From an uncultured bacterium (GTDB lineage Bacteria; Babelota; Babeliae; Babelales; JABCYS01): DNA of 64,000 nt. Of the stretch, positions 60,736 through 64,000 are shown piece after piece. Position numbers and translations under genes: made by a program. The notes under the pieces were generated by a model, which had not been told where the DNA came from, searched no databases, and saw only the letters and a program-made list of their open reading frames with translations. The stretch is taken from the NCBI GenBank assembly GCA_963705705.1, contig CAVPKK010000003.1:32001-96000 (forward strand). The letters run 5' to 3'. Position 1 is the stretch's first letter. Every line of letters begins with the position of its first letter.

Positions 60736-61533
60736 TTAATGCGAATGTTGTTGTTGGTGTTTTACCAGCATAGTTAAAATCTTACTGGCGGTTGCTGGAT
60801 CCTTGCAGCCATGAAACATGTGATATTTAATAGGTGCCATACCTCGATATTCTTCAGGAGTAATCCCTGCAATATATGCTGGTACATACCCATAAAATGG
60901 ATCTGATAATTCTGTGTATCGTGTGGCGCCATGCTTCCAAAGTAAAACGTTTAAAACTTTTTCATCATGTCGAATTGCTAAATGTTGATACTTAATACCT
61001 GTCATAAGCCATTCTTCAATGAAGGGACGACATGACTCAGAAAAGAGTATCTGGTCATTATGCACATATGGCATTGATTTTTTTTCAACGCCTAAAGCTT
61101 GCATCAAATCGGCCTGGTCATCAGGCTGCCCTGGATGAATGGGGCAAATTGGGTACTGTTGAGCTTCTCGGCAAAGTTCAAATAGATCATCTACGCCTGC
61201 ATTTAAAATGAGGTCAGTATCTATATAGATTCCGTAGCGAACACCAGATTTAAGCAATACAAGAGGTTTCCAATGATAGGCAGAAACTTTTGTTAGATCG
61301 ACATCTATTCTTTTTTTAATCAGACAAGGATATTCATCGGTTGAAAATGGTATATCGGCATTAACACCAAAGGCAACTATTGGTCGTGTTGAAAATGCAT
61401 TAACGCTATCAAGTAATACCTTTAAGCAAGGGAAATAATTTGCGGTTGCAAATGCTACAAATCCTTCCTCTATGTCTGGATTTCCGTAGGCAACAGTAAC
61501 GCTCATACATATCATTAAAACAAGCTTTTTCAT
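60736..61533 (-). CDS. GT-A fold glycosyltransferase-like protein, signal peptide
   Basis: WKPLV, IYIDTD (DxD), HDEKVLNVLLW, FHGCK. Confidence 0.65.
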   Translation of the reverse strand: MKKLVLMICMSVTVAYGNPDIEEGFVAFATANYFPCLKVLLDSVNAFSTRPIVAFGVNADIPFSTDEYPCLIKKRIDVDLTKVSAYHWKPLVLLKSGVRYGIYIDTDLILNAGVDDLFELCREAQQYPICPIHPGQPDDQADLMQALGVEKKSMPYVHNDQILFSESCRPFIEEWLMTGIKYQHLAIRHDEKVLNVLLWKHGATRYTELSDPFYGYVPAYIAGITPEEYRGMAPIKYHMFHGCKDPATASKILTMLVKHQQQHSH

Positions 61534-61691
61534 TATTCTCCATGCGCTAAACGTAAACATGATTCAAGCTGTCAATTTGAGAATCACACTATAGGCATTT
61601 TGCAAAACATATTCAAGTACATTTTTTTAAATTGACTTTGACGCTTGGTATAATAGATTAAGGCGCTGTTCTAGGCAGTTAAGGAAGGATA

Positions 61692-62600
61692 ATGATAAAA
61701 AAAATACTATTGCTTGTTTGGCTTTGCATCTCTTCCACCGTTGCATTCGCAATCACCGATATTCTTATCTATTCCAAGGATCGACCAATGCAATTATATG
61801 CATTGTTGGAATCTATTGAGCAACGTGTGTGTGGTTGCGGCAAGATTACAGTTATTTATCATACGAGTAGATCAGCATATGACGATGGCTATAACATTGC
61901 GAGAAACGATTTTCCATGCGCGGCTTTTGTAAAGCAGGGTACAAAGCCGGCAAAGGATTTCATGCCACTCACGCTAAAAACAATTTTTGGATCATCTGCT
62001 GCGTACATTATGTTTGCGGTTGACGATGATATTGTTGTTGATGAGATTAATTTACAGCAAATCTCTGAGCTTCTTGATGAGAATCAGGATGTGTATGGTT
62101 TTTATTTGAAAATGGGATTAAATCTTAATTATTGCTATACCCTTGATCAACCGCAGCCGTTGCCTGTGTTAGAAAAACTATTGCAAAATGATGATGTATA
62201 CCGATGGCGTTTTAAGGGATCAACGTATGACTGGGACTATCCGTTAACGCTTGATATGACTGTGTATCGCAAAAGCGATGTTTATAATGCATTCCAAACA
62301 CTAGGCTGGCTCACGGGGAATAATGCGCCTCGCAACCCTAATTCGTTAGAAGGAAGCTGGCATGAGCGATGGTCGTCTCATGTGAATCATCTATATGGCC
62401 TCTGCTTTGGCATATCAAAAATTATTAATGTTCCAGCTAACTTAGTTCAGGACGGAATTAATAGGCATGAAAATTCATTTAGCCCAGCCGAGCTTTTGAA
62501 TACATTTTTGGCAGGTTACAAAATCAATATTCGACCGTTGTATAAATATTGTAGTCATGACGCGCATGAGCCAATTAAGTATGAATTCATAATTCGCTAA
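61692..62600 (+). CDS. GT-A-like protein, signal peptide
   Basis: SKDRPMQLYALLES, FAVDDD, WDYPLTLD, PNSLEG. Confidence 0.6.
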   Translation: MIKKILLLVWLCISSTVAFAITDILIYSKDRPMQLYALLESIEQRVCGCGKITVIYHTSRSAYDDGYNIARNDFPCAAFVKQGTKPAKDFMPLTLKTIFGSSAAYIMFAVDDDIVVDEINLQQISELLDENQDVYGFYLKMGLNLNYCYTLDQPQPLPVLEKLLQNDDVYRWRFKGSTYDWDYPLTLDMTVYRKSDVYNAFQTLGWLTGNNAPRNPNSLEGSWHERWSSHVNHLYGLCFGISKIINVPANLVQDGINRHENSFSPAELLNTFLAGYKINIRPLYKYCSHDAHEPIKYEFIIR

Positions 62601-62644
62601 ATACCAAAACGCCTAAAATAATTTGGATTTTTTAAGGAGTTACT

Positions 62645-63607
62645 ATGTTGTACCGCAAGTTGATACTACCGTTTTTTTGTGTGGCTTTTTGCTTTGGCAA
62701 TGAGCAACTAGTTGTTACACGCCATGGTGTTGAAATAAGTGCATTTCCCGAGATAGCCCAAAAGGCATTAATGATTCAGCAACGCACCGCCGAATTAGGC
62801 TTGCAGGAAAAGCAAATTGTTGCGCTTGTTTGCTCATACAATAGTCGCGAATTCGTGGAAGAAAATATTATATCTATTGCACGGCAGAAAATTGGAGAAA
62901 GGGGCAAAGAGAAACCCTATCAAAATTGGCTGCTAGTGTATTGTGATGATTGCTCGAGTGATGGCCAATATGAAGAGGTTCTACGGGTTGTTAGCAGACT
63001 AGGAATAGAAGAGCATTGCGTAGTCATCAAAAATCCTATCCGTTATGAAACATATCTTGCAAATTATTATCGAATTATTCATCAGTGTCCTAATGATGCA
63101 ATTATTGCCTGCATTGATGGTGATGACAGTCTTGCACATGAGCATGTGTTTGATCGATTGAATCGCGAATATCAGAATGCTGATGTTTGGATGACGTACG
63201 GCAATTATTTTAATACCGATGGTATTATTGGGGGAATGGCTGGCCCATACTCATCCCAGATTGTTGCACAAGGTGCTTTCCGCAAGGATATATGGCGGGC
63301 AACACATTTAAAAACTTTTTATGCATGGCTTTTTAAGAAGGTTGGTATTGAACGGCTTCGTCGTTCGAGCGGTAAGTTCTTTCACTATGTAAATGATGTG
63401 GCGCCTATGCTTGCGATGCTGGAGCTCGCAGGCAGTCATAGTAAGTTCATTAAGGAAATTTTATACCGGTACAATGTGCACAACCCTTTGCATGATGCTG
63501 GAAAGTCGAATTATGCAAATGACGCTAAGCAAGAAATGGCAGCTGTATATAAACTACCCCAATATAAGCCACTTCAACTGTGTGATGATGAACCTTCTGT
63601 GTTATAA
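62645..63607 (+). CDS. GT2 glycosyltransferase, signal peptide (paralog of 48038-48877)
   Basis: CSYN, DDCSSD, IDGDD, WMTYG, HLKTFYAWLF, MLELAG. Confidence 0.88.
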   Translation: MLYRKLILPFFCVAFCFGNEQLVVTRHGVEISAFPEIAQKALMIQQRTAELGLQEKQIVALVCSYNSREFVEENIISIARQKIGERGKEKPYQNWLLVYCDDCSSDGQYEEVLRVVSRLGIEEHCVVIKNPIRYETYLANYYRIIHQCPNDAIIACIDGDDSLAHEHVFDRLNREYQNADVWMTYGNYFNTDGIIGGMAGPYSSQIVAQGAFRKDIWRATHLKTFYAWLFKKVGIERLRRSSGKFFHYVNDVAPMLAMLELAGSHSKFIKEILYRYNVHNPLHDAGKSNYANDAKQEMAAVYKLPQYKPLQLCDDEPSVL

Positions 63608-64000
63608 ATAAGTGATTGATGCATTTGTATAGTTTCATTGCCGATCATTGTGAGCGGCTTTCTAAGCGTTACGATGCCTTGATGGATTTTCGATCCGGGC
63701 AATGGATCATCAACTGATATAATGATGCTAAAATCACCAAGCTTTTCAGCCATAATGGAATAATTTGATTCTGAGCGAATAAGGCAATCAAACTGCGTCA
63801 TGGAAAAAAAGTCTTCCAACACATTCATATTATGGCGATTTTCGGTTCTTCTATAATCAAATTCAATCGTTGGTATGTTTAATTCTTCAGCAAAATGAGA
63901 AGCTACGGCCGCGGGATTTTGGTCATCAGTAAATAAAAAAACATATAATGGCGCATGCCCTAAAAGCTCTGACAGTCTTTTTATCTGTTCAATATAGTAT
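63574..64000 (-). CDS. GT11-like fucosyltransferase, 3' part (runs off the right edge; paralog of 58793-59830)
   Basis: Frame open to the window edge: LGHAPLYVFLFTDDQNP..ENRHNMNVLEDFFSM..DCLIRSES. Confidence 0.85.
   Translation of the reverse strand, partial: YYIEQIKRLSELLGHAPLYVFLFTDDQNPAAVASHFAEELNIPTIEFDYRRTENRHNMNVLEDFFSMTQFDCLIRSESNYSIMAEKLGDFSIIISVDDPLPGSKIHQGIVTLRKPLTMIGNETIQMHQSLIYNTEGSSSHS

Noticed and set aside
1..64000. Remaining short (about 60-140 aa) antisense or overlapping ORFs; tRNA, rRNA, IS or phage genes
   Set aside because: The ORFs lie within or overlap well-supported genes or lack motifs; no RNA-gene or transposase/integrase signatures were seen

Overview
64 kb of a diderm bacterial chromosome. 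There is no rRNA, tRNA, CRISPR array, transposase or prophage that I can support. Gene content and the many orphan proteins with signal peptides suggest a host-associated, reduced-genome organism, most like Ca. Dependentiae/Babelota (TM6); this is an inference, not a database result. The left ~38 kb holds housekeeping genes (alaS partial, transaldolase, uvrB, bamA, leuS, brnQ, FKBP, rpsA, ndk, nusB, efp). These are interspersed with tandem orphan secreted proteins, a split-ankyrin family, two tandem GH1 glycosidases beside a GT28 glycolipid synthase, and several structured intergenic elements. One palindromic repeat sits in-frame inside alaS. The right ~29 kb (34.7-64 kb, running off the window) is a glycan-modification island. 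All 20 complete soluble-type glycosyl-, sulfo- and methyltransferase-like ORFs there (GT32, GT47/exostosin, NodZ/GT23, GT11, GT2, GT-D, GT31-like and others) begin with a signal peptide or anchor, a Golgi-like exported toolkit. It also carries a PglK-like ABC transporter, a GtrB-like GT2, two GT-C-like membrane proteins and AsnB. This island is the best candidate for an undescribed system.
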